DNA of 64,000 nt from the human T2T-CHM13v2.0 reference genome, Homo sapiens: assembly GCF_009914755.1 (NCBI RefSeq), contig NC_060928.1; one strand, written 5' to 3'. The notes under the pieces are model-generated. The model made no database searches, had not been told where the DNA came from, and saw only the letters and a program-made list of their open reading frames with translations. Each line of letters begins with the position of its first letter. The stretch's first letter is position 1. Positions 16,731 to 32,037 of the stretch are shown in pieces. Made by a program: the position numbers and the translations under genes.

Positions 16731-18146
16731 TTTAAAAGAATATATTGAATTCGAGACATCAGTGACTAATAGTAATCTGGGAAACTTTATATTCTTTTCT
16801 AAACATAAATCACTAGAACTGTAATACGAAAGATGTGACGAGGAAGAAAGAGGGAGTGGGACTCCACTGTTTAGATCAAACAGTAGCTTCAATCTCTTAA
16901 GTTGTGCTCTTTGTTCATTAAGCATGAGGAGCCAGCTAGAACATTCTTCTCTCTGCCACAAGAATTCCATCTGTAGAACAGAGGCTCCCAGGCTGCCAGC
17001 TGCTCTTCACTCCCCTGTCGTAAGAATGCAGCTGAGGTTGAAAACTTGTCACCAAGTTGGAGCCAATATCCACCTGTCCCTCTTGTCAGTCTCTTTCTAT
17101 AAAGTCTTCCTGGGATTTAAAAACTAAAGCCATAAAAATGGGATTTGCCTTGACTCTTTCTAGAACAGCTATATACCATGCATGCATCATATGTCCCACA
17201 ATGACGGTGTCTCTTAAAAATTGTGGTATTTAAATAAAATAACAGCTGTGCAGTACTATGAACAGCCATGACAGATATTCTTAGAAATTGTTTGCTTATT
17301 CAAATCACTGAATGTGGATTTTATTTTTCCAGTAAACCAAAAAAGAGAGAAAGAATAATAAAAGAGGGATGTTCACAGTTATAATTTATACAAAATCATG
17401 TCAAAAAATTTTCTATTTCTCATAAATAAAAAGCTAATATATAATTATATATCATAAGTATAGACTTTTTTCTATAGTAGGAAAGACAATGCTGCTATAT
17501 AATATGCATGTCAATATGTCATTAATACCTAATACATTTTGAAAATATATAAATCCTTAATGGATTTTGCTTCAGTTTGGAAATTATATATAAGAGAATG
17601 TCTATCTGTTCATCAGATCATTAATAGGAAGACATGATTATGACATATATTTTAAAAACTTTATTTGGAAGAAAAGTATTGTAAAGATATCTTATGTAAT
17701 CTCAAATTGTGTGTCTAAAATCAGAAAGGAGTGTAACTAAACACATAAAGCAAACTTCTTTTGGGATCTGAAAAGTATCACTGGGGGGAAGAGAGGTAGT
17801 CTGGCTCCAGCTCTGGATAAATATGCATTGCCACTTTGCAGCAAACGGGATGCGGCAATATGAGTTTGCAACCGGGCCAAGATTGGGGTATGGTGAGCAA
17901 TAGTCTTTTACATATTTTGGAGTACTTTTCTTGTTCCATGGCTGCCTTTGTTGCAAGCAAATATTGTTTCTATGGGTTTTTTAACAGCTTTACAAAAATA
18001 GTTACCTGTTCAAACCCTTTCAGTGAAGAATTCAAAAGAAAAAGAGAAAGAAAATTGACTTCTGTACTTCCTAGGGCCACATGGCTCTTATTTGAGAATC
18101 AGAAGGGGGACATCAAGTGAGGTATTTTGTATATTAACTTTATTAA

Positions 18147-18491
<345 letters not shown>

Positions 18492-18613
18492 TAAATGGAT
18501 TTCCTCATGGACATCTTTTTCATACAGACTGAAAATGCTCAATCCAGATGTAAAAAAGATAGTGTACCATGCCACTGGAATGAATAAAGTGAAAGAGAAC
18601 AGTTAGAGCCAAA

Positions 18614-18925
18614 AGCCAGGCACGGTGGCTCATGCCTGTAATTCTAGCACTTTGAGAGGCCAAGGCGGGCAGATCACTTGAGCTCAGGATTTTGAGACCA
18701 GCCTGGGCAACATAGCAAGATCCAAGACCTTGTCTCTCCAAAAAAAAAAAAAAAAAAATTAAAAAATTAGCTGGACGTGGTGGCGTGCACCTATAGTCCC
18801 AGCTACCTGGAAGGCTAAGCGGGAGGATCACTTGAGCCCAGGAAGTTGAGGCTACAGTGAGCCATTTCATGCCTCTGCTCTCCAGCCTGGGAGACAGAGT
18901 GAGACTCTGTCTCAAAAAAAAAAAA
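18614..18925 (+). mobile_element. AluJ
   Basis: gggaggatcacttgagcccagg and gaggctacagtgagcc are J-type features. Confidence 0.9.
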
Positions 18926-20062
18926 TAGTCAAAAGAGAGACTACAGAAATATATATCACACACATTAACACAGAATTAATATTACACAGAGTTATGGGAA
19001 ACAGATATTTAACAGAGCCCAGTCAACCATGCTCCCCTGTGTAGAGTGAAATCGTTAAAGATGGCATCCAATTAACAGATTCTGATTGAGCTAGACAGAA
19101 TGGCTAAATAATGATATTTATCCAGTCTGTATATATGCTGATCTTTCAAGCTATTTCTAATATTAACTTTTAAGAAATGAAACATATATTTCTATATTTG
19201 AGAGCTTAAAAGTGGATATGCCTTAAGGAAAACATTGCAGACTTATAGAGCCTCCTGGGCATACATCTTGTCCTGCCAACACTGAAATCAGAAAATAGTA
19301 AGTGAAAGCAATTACCTTCATTGACTCAACATAGCTTAGCTATTCTTGAAACAGAGCTTATCAATGAGAAATCAGCTAGGAAAGTCACTTTCCAGTTCTC
19401 AACATTTCAATCGTGGAAGGTGACACAAATGTCACAGGCTGCGATTTCCTAACTCCCTAATTTGCTTTCCCTCAGGCATACTACTGTTTCCTTTGGAGAG
19501 GAAGGAGCAACTGGAAGCCAGCAGCTGAAGGTTCCTTCCCTTCAGTTACTCCCCTCACTTCACACTCCTCATGCCTCTCACTTCACCGTCTCCTTTACCT
19601 TTAATGTCATGAAGTTCCAACATAAAACCTAAACCTGTGGTAGCCCTTTCTAAATCAGAATGTGCAGCTCCACTTGGCAAGGCACCACATCTACTTTTAA
19701 AATATACACCGTACCCAGCCACAATGTGAGCACTCAGCACCAAACATACGTGTCAAACAGTAATAACTTCAACATTTGCTCACCATAACCTCAGCATATG
19801 TTCAAATAATATGGGCTACTAAAATTTCACTACACATGTACTTTTCTACCACCTCTACTGCACAGAAAGCTCATTCAAATTTAAGTCTCAGCAGCACTGA
19901 AATATGTTTATTTATAATATTATTTTCCAGTTTGGGTGGAGAGCCAATTTATACACTTTCAATAATTTCAATAAACAAGTAGGCTATATCCTTCCTATCA
20001 CAGTCTTCATTGTACGTCTGTTATCATATACAGCAATATTATTTTCTTAATGTTGACTGTGC

Positions 20063-20067
<5 letters not shown>

Positions 20068-20102
<35 letters not shown>
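20068..20102. repeat. (TG)n microsatellite
   Basis: Read directly. Confidence 0.95.
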
Positions 20103-20105
<3 letters not shown>

Positions 20106-20174
20106 CAATAGATATAGAGGCAGATAGCTGCCATCCATTAAATGCTTACTCTATGCCAGGCAACATGCTAATCA

Positions 20175-20880
20175 CTTCACTCATTTGTTTAACAAATATT
20201 TATTGAACACCTCTGATGTGTCAGACACTGGATTAGATACTAAGAACATAGGAGCTAAAAAGACAAACATAGCCTGGTCCTCATGAAGCTTATAGTCTAG
20301 TAAAGAAAACAAAGTTTTAAAAAACATTATAACAAGGAATCTAACCAATCCAAGGTTTTGACACTGATAAAGCAGCATCTTTGCGAACTGAGAGATAGTA
20401 TAACAGGTGAAAAGTGGGAGCAGAATGTTCCTGTTAGAGGAAACGAAACATTAAAATGTGCAGTTGCTTTGAAAAGGTAAAAAGAACTCGAGGGGAAGGG
20501 GAAAAGTGGTTAATGGTGATGCTGGAGGAATGGGCAGTGGCAAGGTCAGGGAGGGCACTTTAAGCATATTGAGGAATTTGGGCTTTACCCTGAAGACAAT
20601 GAGAAGGTGCTGTGGGGATGTAAGCAAGGCAGTATCACCATCAGATGTGCATTTTATAAGATTCCTCTTTCCTCAGTATGGAGCAAGGAGTAGTCACAGA
20701 GACCAGTTCGAAGCCATTGCCCATGAATCCAGGCTGGAGATAATGATGACCTAGACTAAGGTGCAAACACGAGGAGGCACAAAGAGAACGGATTCAAGAG
20801 AATGGATGTGGTGATGCCTTAGGACTGGAAGACAGATTGAACTTGCAGGGAGACATGTAGGAGAGAAAGGAATCAACAAA
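20175..20880 (-). mobile_element. L2 LINE remnant
   Basis: aacaaatatttattgaacacc, tcatgaagcttatagtctag and downstream L2-like segments. Confidence 0.65.
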
Positions 20881-22355
20881 TTGCCCTGTAGGTGTAATTG
20901 TGGTAGAAAGCCAAGCAAGATTATTCCCCTGGGAACACAGCCAACATTTTCTTTATTGTTTACTGTTTCTTTACTGTCGTGCCTCAATTATCTTAGTTCT
21001 CCATTGGATGATATATACACCTACGATACCTACAACAAGAAAGACTCAAAGCACTTTTTAATTAGTAGGCAAGCACTATCTTCATTTCACACATAGAAAA
21101 AAACATAGTTTACACAAAAGGACTATTCGTACTTCGTTCCTTGGCTTCATCTGAATCTTTTTTGAAGACCATGAATAGAAATTGAGACCCAGTTTCCAAA
21201 TGAGTATGTTTTCCTAACACTCTACTACTTTATCATTCAAATTGTTTTGTTTTGCTTCTCAAGCACTCTAGGTTCTGTTAATTCAGGAATATTAGCAGAA
21301 ATCCTAAAAATATATGATTTTAGAGTCCAATAAGCAGACTTTCAAAATTTACTTAGTTGCTTAGTGATTATGCTCATAGCATCATAAAAGCTAAAATTGA
21401 TGAGAAGCCAGCAGAGCCTATTTCAAAAACCAGTAAGCTCTATTCCAATAACTTTCTGTCAACTTCTAAAACTTGAAAGTCAGATCTATAAGACCAGTAA
21501 AGGATCAGTGTGAAGGGCAAGATTGGACACAACCCTACAATGCACACTCATCAATAGCATAAGGTACCTATTTTATGAAGTGATTATTCTATCTTTTCTA
21601 CAAATATATAAAAAGCCACCATGAAGATGGCTTGATGATGTCTATTATGACTGCTAGTGATATCATTATAAGAGTCTACATACTTTGGAAACTCCCCAAA
21701 ATTAAGTCTCTGTCTTATGTGAGATAAAAAAGATGTATGTGGAGAGAAGACATCAAGATGGTTAATGCTCTCTCTTATTTTACAAATAATTCCACCAATA
21801 GTGCAATGCTGATTCTTCATGTATTTACTCGGTGCAAACAAGAAAGAATTAAAATTTAGAACATTGTCATCCAAGTGGCACACACACAGAAAAAACAAAC
21901 CAAACCAAGTAAGTAGTTGAAGTACTGTTTTGAAAGGACATTATATAAAAACAGATTGTCTAAGAAACTGACTATCTGGGAAAAAATGGATATTATTCAA
22001 AGCTGACCTTGAATATAATAGAGTATGGAATTAGCAAGTTGAAATATCTAGCAGAAATGTACACAGACACAAATGGCTATGTGTTCTCACTGACCTGAAA
22101 CACTACAGGATTAAACTTATCCTCCTATTATCTACTTTTTAACAGAAGTGCTTAACCTTTTATTCCTATGTTACCATTTCACAAATGTGACAATGCATCA
22201 ATTATTCTTAGAACCAACTCACAAAAGATTAGTGGTTTTTATGTGGGTAGAAAGAGCAAGTGTCAAGATGAGCTGCATCAACGGAACAGAGATCACCACT
22301 CTAATCAACAGGGTGCTATTGTGTACTTCACACACTACAGTTCAGAAAATATACA

Positions 22356-22655
22356 TTTTTTGAGACAAGGTCTCACTCTGTCACCCATGCTGGAGTGTGG
22401 TGGCACAATCTTGGCTCACCTCAGCCTCGACCTCCTCAAGCTCAAGTGATCCTTCTGCCTCAGCCTCCCAGGTAGCTGGGACTACAGGTGCACACCACCA
22501 TGAGCAGCTAAGTTTGTGTTTTGGATTTTCTATTTTTATTTTTTTATGAGACAGGCTCACTTTGTTGCCAAGGCTGGTGTTGAACTCATGGCCTCAAACT
22601 ATCCTTCCACCTCTCAAATTGCTGGGATTACAGGTATGAGCCACCTTGCCCAACC
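22356..22655 (-). mobile_element. AluJ
   Basis: agcctcgacctcc...gctcaagtgatcc are J-type features. Confidence 0.9.
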
Positions 22656-22830
22656 CTCCTCTGAAAAATTGACGTAGAGATCTTCAAACCTAGGACTTGT
22701 ACTTTAAGTCACAATCCACTACAAGCCAAGTTTCCAAAATGTTAACATTGATGAGTGAATTCACCAAGGGCTCACTATAACTTTAGTGGTAGTAAAATAC
22801 CAGAAAAGTCATGATCTCATTTATTTCAAG

Positions 22831-22922
22831 AGGAGAAAGAGAGGGGTAGGAGAGGAGGAGGAAGAGGAGGAAGAAGAGGAAGGAAGGAAGGGAAGGGAAG
22901 GGAAGGGAAGGGAAAGGAAGGG
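22831..22922. repeat. GA-rich / (GGGAA)n low-complexity tract
   Basis: Read directly. Confidence 0.9.
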
Positions 22923-23029
22923 CACAAAAAAATAAAGATCCACAAGAGGGTTTATAATCTATAATAGAGTGAAAGCAAACTGCCTCAGTCCCTATAAGCC
23001 CAACCCTTTAAAGTTTCCATAATAATAAT

Positions 23030-23250
23030 AATAGTAATAGCATCATTTTAATGGTACTTACTTTATTCCAGGCTCTGTTCTAAAGGTGTCATATATATTA
23101 ACTTAGAGGTACTATTAATATGCTTACACTGCAGATGAGGTTACTGAGGCACAGGGAGGTAAATAACTTGCCCAGAATTACTAACCAGTGGAATCAGCAT
23201 TTGAACCTAGACAGTTCTGTCTTCAAGAGCTAGTTGCTGTGTCCTTAGTC
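23030..23250 (-). mobile_element. MIR SINE
   Basis: cagatgaggttactgaggcacagggaggtaaataacttgccca core. Confidence 0.8.
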
Positions 23251-23273
23251 TTTATTACAGAATCTCTAGATAC

Positions 23274-23981
<708 letters not shown>

Positions 23982-24275
23982 TAAGGTAGGTGTTAATCAA
24001 TGTGGTGAACCGTCTATTTCACAGTCTCACAGCTAGTAAGTGGAATAGACAGGATGTGAATGGAGATCGGACTGGTGCCCAAACAGACTGCAGGCTGTGA
24101 CATGCCGCCTCCCACTCCAAGGAGCCACTCAGACCAAGAATAAGGAATAAAACAGTTCCAGGGCTCTGGAAAATGTGTGAAGTGGGCAAACTTGGAGTTT
24201 GTTTTTCTCAGCTTCCAGGCTTGCGCCACCACCATCCTCAAACACTTTCCTACCCACTCACCCTACAGACATGTC

Positions 24276-24580
24276 CTTTTTTTTTTTTTTTTTTTTCTGA
24301 GGCGGAGGCTTGCTCTTTCGCCCAGACTGGAGTGTAGTGGCGCAATCTCAGCTCACTGCAACCTCCGCCTCCCAGGTGCAAACTATTCCCATGCCTCAGA
24401 CTCCTGAGTAGCTGGGACTACAGGTGCAGGCCACCACAACCAGCTAATTTTTGTATTTTTAGTACAGACAGGGTTTCACCATGTTGGCCAGGTTGGTCTT
24501 GAACTCCTGACCTCAAGTGATCTGCCCACCTAGGCCTCCCTAAGTGCTTGGATTACAGCTGTGAGCCACCGCACCTGCCC
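24276..24580 (-). mobile_element. AluS
   Basis: Poly-T followed by antisense Alu. Confidence 0.92.
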
Positions 24581-25409
24581 AGAGATATCCTCTTTTGATT
24601 CATTTAGTCAGATGTCTTTCCTTGAGTTCTTTTCAAATTAAGCTACATGATTTGTCTAATCAGACTTCCTCCAGTTTGAGCAATGACAAGTTTTCCATGA
24701 GTCCAGTTAATATATGCTCTGCTTCCAACTAAGGCAAAATACAACGTGCTGTGAGTTTAATCTCACTGCATTCCTAGCGGGAACACATCCATTTAGGAAA
24801 TAGAAATGGTCTCTCCCCCATCTTCAGGGTATCTGTAAAATGGAGGGGGTGGGAATGGGAGTGTGCTGCTTCTCTTTCCCACACTGGTGAGCAGTTCTGG
24901 TCTCAGCTGTCCCTTCCTTGCACTGCCATTGGCATCTAAATGGGCCACCAGGTAAAGGGCAGGTGAATCACAGAATCTGCCAGGTAGAATGCAAGTCTAA
25001 ACTTCCAACTGAAGACCTTTATACCCAAGAGGTGGTCATCCGAGTTCTGCATAAACTTCTCGTGACAGAGAAGTAGTCGCTTAAAATAGTAGATTTGGGT
25101 TCTATAGTCAATTGTCTGGGTTTGAATCATGGTTCTACCAATTCTTAGCTGTGCGAATGGGGAAATTTATTAAACCTTTCTGTCTCATTTTCTTCACCAA
25201 CAAAAAGAAAACCTACCTTATCATATTGCTGTGAATATTTAATGGTGTAATGATATATAGAGAGCACACAGTAATTACTGAAAATTTTTAACTATTACCG
25301 TTACTCCAAAGTACAGTGAGACTATACATTTCTTGCTTGGAAATTGTAATTCTACTAAAAGAATCTAAAATTATATTTGATTGTTCTTTCCTGACCTTGT
25401 TCATTCTTC

Positions 25410-27250
25410 CATTCAACAAGTATCTGTCATGTTCCTGCTGTGAGTATGTAGAGAGATGGGTGACTTGGAGGGTTAGGAAAGGTGCTGTATTAAATCAATT
25501 CATCAGGGTAGTCCTCAATGAGAAGGTGATATCTGAGCAATGATTTGAAGCAAGGGAGTTAACTACAGGTACTCCAAGAAAAAGAATGTTTCAGCAGCGC
25601 ACAGATGCTATGGTGGGACCCACGTGGCATGTTCTGGGAACAAAAAGAGTCCACTGTGGCTGAAGCCCAGTGAGTCGGTGGGGCAGCAGTGAGAGAGGAA
25701 ATCAGGAAGGTGAGCAGCAGGCCCTTGGAGCTGGTGGGTTTCTATCTGAGGGAAATCTACAGCCCCTGCAGGGATTTGAATAAGGAAGGGGATGATCTGA
25801 CTTGTATTCTAAATGGATCACTCTGGATGCTAGTTTGAGAAAAGATTTGAATATCTTTCCTCTCCCCACCTCCTGCAGGCTGAGGGGAAAGCAAAGTAGA
25901 TTCTTGCCATATTGTAGGAGAAAGACGATGGCGACTAGACCAGGGTGGTGGCAGTGGAGGGGATGAGGAATGGTCCGATTCTGGGTCTAAAGAAATGGGC
26001 CTCGAAAGCCACATGAAGAAAATGTATGTAGTACAAAAGCACAATCAAATGTATCAAATGTGGCTGGCAGGGCCAGTAAAGTGAGAACTGAGCACTGGAT
26101 TAAACCACCGAAGATCAGGGCTGACCCAGACGAGAGAGATTCCAAGGACATGCTGGAAGCAAAAAATCTCACTGAAGTGGGCTTAAGAAGAATGAAAAGA
26201 CTGTGTCCAGTCATGATGAAGCACTAGAGACTGAATTTACCCTCCCACCTTAAACACCTGAAAAACTGGACAAAATTCATGAAACAAAGAATTTTCAGTC
26301 AGTGGAAAACACAGCACAGGACAGTGATCCCTGAGAGCCAGGAAACAAACGAGGTGCTCCACATGACTGCCCAGCGAACTGCATAGAGATTCCAGCCACA
26401 CTGTGCAGCGGGGGAAACCAAACAGTGCCCCAGGGTGAGGGACAGAGTTGAGAATTCAGGGAGAACAAGGCAGTGCAAGAATTCACAGAGCAGAATAGCA
26501 CAGCAAAGAGGACTGCTCAGAGAAAGAGCTCTGGAGGGCTGCAGGGGTTCCCTGTAGAGGGGCTTCAGCTGAAGAAACTCCCCAAGGCCTAGGAGAGAAA
26601 CAGAAAAGGAGCGAGAAACAATTCCCAGAGTCACACAGGACTGGAAATAATTCCAGAAGTAAGAATTGCATGTTTCAATGCTAATGGGAATTTTCAACAG
26701 AGAGGGAACAATTGATGATGTAGGAGAGGAAGGGGAGAATTGCTCAAGCAATGTCTCTGTGGGGGCAAGAAAGGTGCCTCCACAAATAGAGGTATGTACT
26801 TGAGATAGTTCTGTCACAGGCAAGAAGGTGGTACCTGTGGGTGGAGATGCTGAGTGGTGAGCAGATGCAGTGGTGATGCAGAATCCATGCAACTTCTGAT
26901 ATGATCACTTCAGTTTTCTCAGTTAAGCAGAAAGCAGGCGCATCAGCTTAGAAGGAAGATAATGAAGGAGATGCTGAGGAATTGAGGAGAGAGAAGGATG
27001 TGTGAAATATTCACTTAGGAGACCAAAATGAGGAAAAGTCCTAATGCAACCAGGAGCGTTTATATGTTTCTACGAGTGGCAGCATTAAGAGCCTATTTGG
27101 TCATAAATTTAAAGTAAGGACTTCCCGTGCGGTTGTGTTTCTCTCCTGCCATTTGCAGCTGCACAAGTGCAGGTGTGGGACAGTAAGGATTGGATTTCAC
27201 ATGGGTTGGGGATTTGCTAAGTGAATAAGATAAAGGGAGAGAGGGGCAAG
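25410..27250. mobile_element. Mosaic of old LINE debris: L2 (minus) interrupted by an L1M 5'-like segment (about 26210-26650)
   Basis: L2-like ggatgatctgacttgtattctaaatggatcactctggatgct; L1M-like gaatttaccctcccaccttaaacacctgaaaaactggacaaaat. Confidence 0.55.
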
Positions 27251-27902
27251 CAAGCCATGCATCATCACAGTTGACTTTGAATGGAGTCCTTTTTGTTTTT
27301 TCTCCCTTGAACTGATATTAAACCAGATCCTCTCTCTGCCGTATTTGTGTTACTGAGTCTTTTCAACCTAAGGCCATTCTGCTCATATATTTCTATTCCA
27401 TCACTCATCATTAAAAGCTATTCTTCCAACTCTGGATCAGTGAACTCTCTCTTCTTCCTAGTCACCACCAGAAATATTGAACAGGACAAAGTCAAGGGCA
27501 GGTTCTCTTGGTTCACCTCTAAAGACTTCTTGTTGGATTAACAATTTATTTGTCAACATCAAGCTTCGTAAATACATGTAACCAGCTTTTTGTTTAGATA
27601 ACTCTACCATCATCAAATTAAATATCTCCATCTTTTTTCAGTGACATCAAGAGGGTTTATTAATTGCCTTGCCAAAACCAAGACATTCTGTATCTACAGC
27701 ATTTCCCCACCTCTCAGTGTAATTTTTAAAAATGTTTTATAAAGTTAGTGTGGCACAACTTGTTAACAAATCCATATTTGCTATTAGCAGTTAATGTTTT
27801 GGATTTTTCCCCCCAAGTACTTTAAAACAAGATAGCACTCTTCTGGGTGGGCCAGCTATATTTGCTCAAAGTCGGAGACAGCAGAATTATGATGACTGAT
27901 GA

Positions 27903-28401
<499 letters not shown>

Positions 28402-28488
28402 CTGGACTCCCAATTTTGTCCTGGGCAACAATGTGCTAAGCTAAAAACAGAAAAAGGAGAAGGGTTTATATTTCTTAAAGTTTTGCTT

Positions 28489-29160
<672 letters not shown>

Positions 29161-29814
29161 AGCTGGAAAGCTGCCAGTCACAGGAGCAGCCCTAAGAATT
29201 GGCTGCTCTGTCTCCACCAGCTATCAATTGCTACATGGTTTGTCTCTCATGGTGTCTATTTATTTTTCCTGAATATTTATTTATTTTTCTTACTCTAACG
29301 ACTTGCTTCCTTATCTAATCTTTCTCTGTTCTCTAAGTCAAACTTTCTACTTACTAGTAATTTCTGCTCTCGTGATTTTAGTTAACCACAGTCCACCCTG
29401 GCCTTTCCAGCATATCTTTACATCATGATTTTTACCTTGCAGCACCCACACTAATTTTCTCATTCTTTGTTATTCCAAATTCTGGAGAGGAGTATGACAG
29501 TCCTGTTATGTTTAGGCCACAGGCCAATCTATTGATCGGTCACCCCTGGGTCTGGTGTTCACCTCTAATCCAAGCAGCTGTGGTTTGGGGGACGAATGAT
29601 TTTAGGAATCCTATAAAAATCATGGCCCTCTAAGGGCCCTTCTCAGCAAAGACTCTGGACAGATCAAGGCTGGCAAGAAGGGACAGGACAAGCATCATAA
29701 TGTAGCTCAGGTCTGCAACACTGTACCAATAGAAAGCATAGCCACCCCTGCAGACCAAAGCCAATTAAAGTCCCATTTTAAATTATGCACATTTCAGAAA
29801 ACATAACCTAATAA

Positions 29815-30015
29815 ACTATGACTGGGAAATTCCAGGACTCAAGTCTTAATCCCAGTTTTTCTATTAACACACTATGTGAAAGTTTGAAGATCTCTTTGTG
29901 CCTTACTTTCTTCATCTGTAAAAATAGGGAACTCATATCTATTACCTCTTGAGGTTGTAGAGAGGAACAATAAAATTGATTTGCAAAGTGTTTTATTGCC
30001 ATAAAGTGCTATGCT
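29815..30015 (+). mobile_element. MIR SINE
   Basis: tgccttactttcttcatctgtaaaaataggga core. Confidence 0.7.
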
Positions 30016-30389
30016 GAAAACAGCCTGTGTTTAAATAGCCTGATTTGTTACAGTATGTAATAAAGAGTGCTATTTAAAGAATACATTCTCAATAAATGCA
30101 TTCTTAATTTTCTTTCTGTTGTTACTTTTGTGACGTTCACTAAAATCCAGGAAGAATACTCTGAGATGTTAAAGTCTTTATTCACACTAAATTTTTCCCT
30201 ACCCAAAAAATAAAATTCCAGTCCCATAGTCTTAGTTTACTCGTCCACAATTCATTCAACTAACATTTAAGTATAACAACTCAATCTCAAACTTTATGCT
30301 TAAATTTATGGAATCCAAAGTAATGAGTACAGCCAGTACTGACTTTTGAGTGTCACTTATGCTCACCTCTTCCCAGCTCCATCTTCAGT

Positions 30390-30520
30390 AATGTTGATAG
30401 CTCGAAATCAGCTATTTTCAGGGTATTTACACCACAGAAATGAGCAAATGTATAAATGGGGTCTTCAACTTTCTCCTTTCCAGAGGACTGGTTATTAAAC
30501 ATTTACCAGCACACCAGTGG
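30390..30520. mobile_element. MER63-like hAT fragment
   Basis: Terminus ggttattaaacatttaccagcacaccagtgg. Confidence 0.6.
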
Positions 30521-30610
30521 ATTTCATGTACCTAGAACTGAAAAACGCACAGATACAAACACAAACACACATCATCATCATCATCATCAACAATAAAAGC
30601 AGCAAAAATA

Positions 30611-30984
<374 letters not shown>

Positions 30985-31077
30985 TTAAGATAATATACTG
31001 TTTCTTCTTTAAAAACTTTTTTATAGGAAAATATTTGCTACAAGTGGATCCAGACATTTTCTTAGCCTAAAGAAAAG

Positions 31078-31230
31078 ACTCTCAAACTTTAGCATGCCAT
31101 CAGAATTACCTGAAGAGCTCATCAAAACAAACTGCTCAACTCCAAACCTTGAATTTCTGATTTAGTAGGTTTTGGATGGGGCCTGTTAATTTACATCTCT
31201 GACAATTTCCCAGGTGAACCTGATACTACT
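31078..31230. mobile_element. MER5A-like hAT MITE
   Basis: ctcaaactttagcatgccatcagaattacctg...tttctgatttagtaggt. Confidence 0.65.
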
Positions 31231-32037
31231 GACTTAAATGTATGTAGGGTAACACAAAACAAACCAAAAACAAAAAGAACGATTGGAGGATTGCACTGAT
31301 AAATATGAATTGGACCGGTGAAAATCTAGTGAAATGTACAGGATTTTTATGAACCTCTGAAAACTATATGAAATGTCAGTTTTAGGATGCTGGCTATTCT
31401 AAGATTGCCTTGTTTCTGGGCCTCTTCACAGTAAGTGAGGTTACTATTATTTGTTCTGATAGATATAAAATGCTGTGAATTTGGAGTCAGAGTTTTTACT
31501 TCAACAGAAAATCACTTTGCCTCATTGGGCTTCAGTTTCATCATCCGTTAAAAGCGAGAATTAAATTTCATGTTCACAGTTCTGTGTTAATCAGCTATAA
31601 AATGAAAAAGAATTCACTCACAGGTTCCTTAACTAATGAAGTTCTGTTGTAAAAATAATAACAATTATAATACATCAGAAAATAAGAAACCAGAATCTCA
31701 GATCCCAAAGACATGGATGAACAGTACCTAAAGCAGAGGCAGCTCACAGAATGGAGTTTGGAAATTGGGTTATCCTTGGAACCCAGTGAAGCTTTTGGAA
31801 CCCAGTGAAGCTTTTCAACCCAGTTACTTTGCTGCCATCTCATCAGCAGGTTCATGGGTCCCAAAAATCTAGTGTTGTAACATTACCATGACCTTGCAAG
31901 TCTTCATCTCTGCCTCTATTAATGTCTCTCTCAGCTTCTCCTTCTACTACCAAACGGTCTCTACTCTCCTTTTCTCATAGCTTCTGTATTTCCGTGTAAT
32001 GTAACTATTGTATACCTCCCAGCTTCTGCCACCATTT

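Noticed and set aside
17702-17960. Open frames on the minus strand as a coding exon
   Set aside because: No recognisable protein similarity, and I could not define a convincing acceptor/donor pair around the frames
26299-26892. 197-aa minus-strand ORF
   Set aside because: Antisense to purine-rich old LINE debris; Ser/Leu-rich composition with no domain or splice structure
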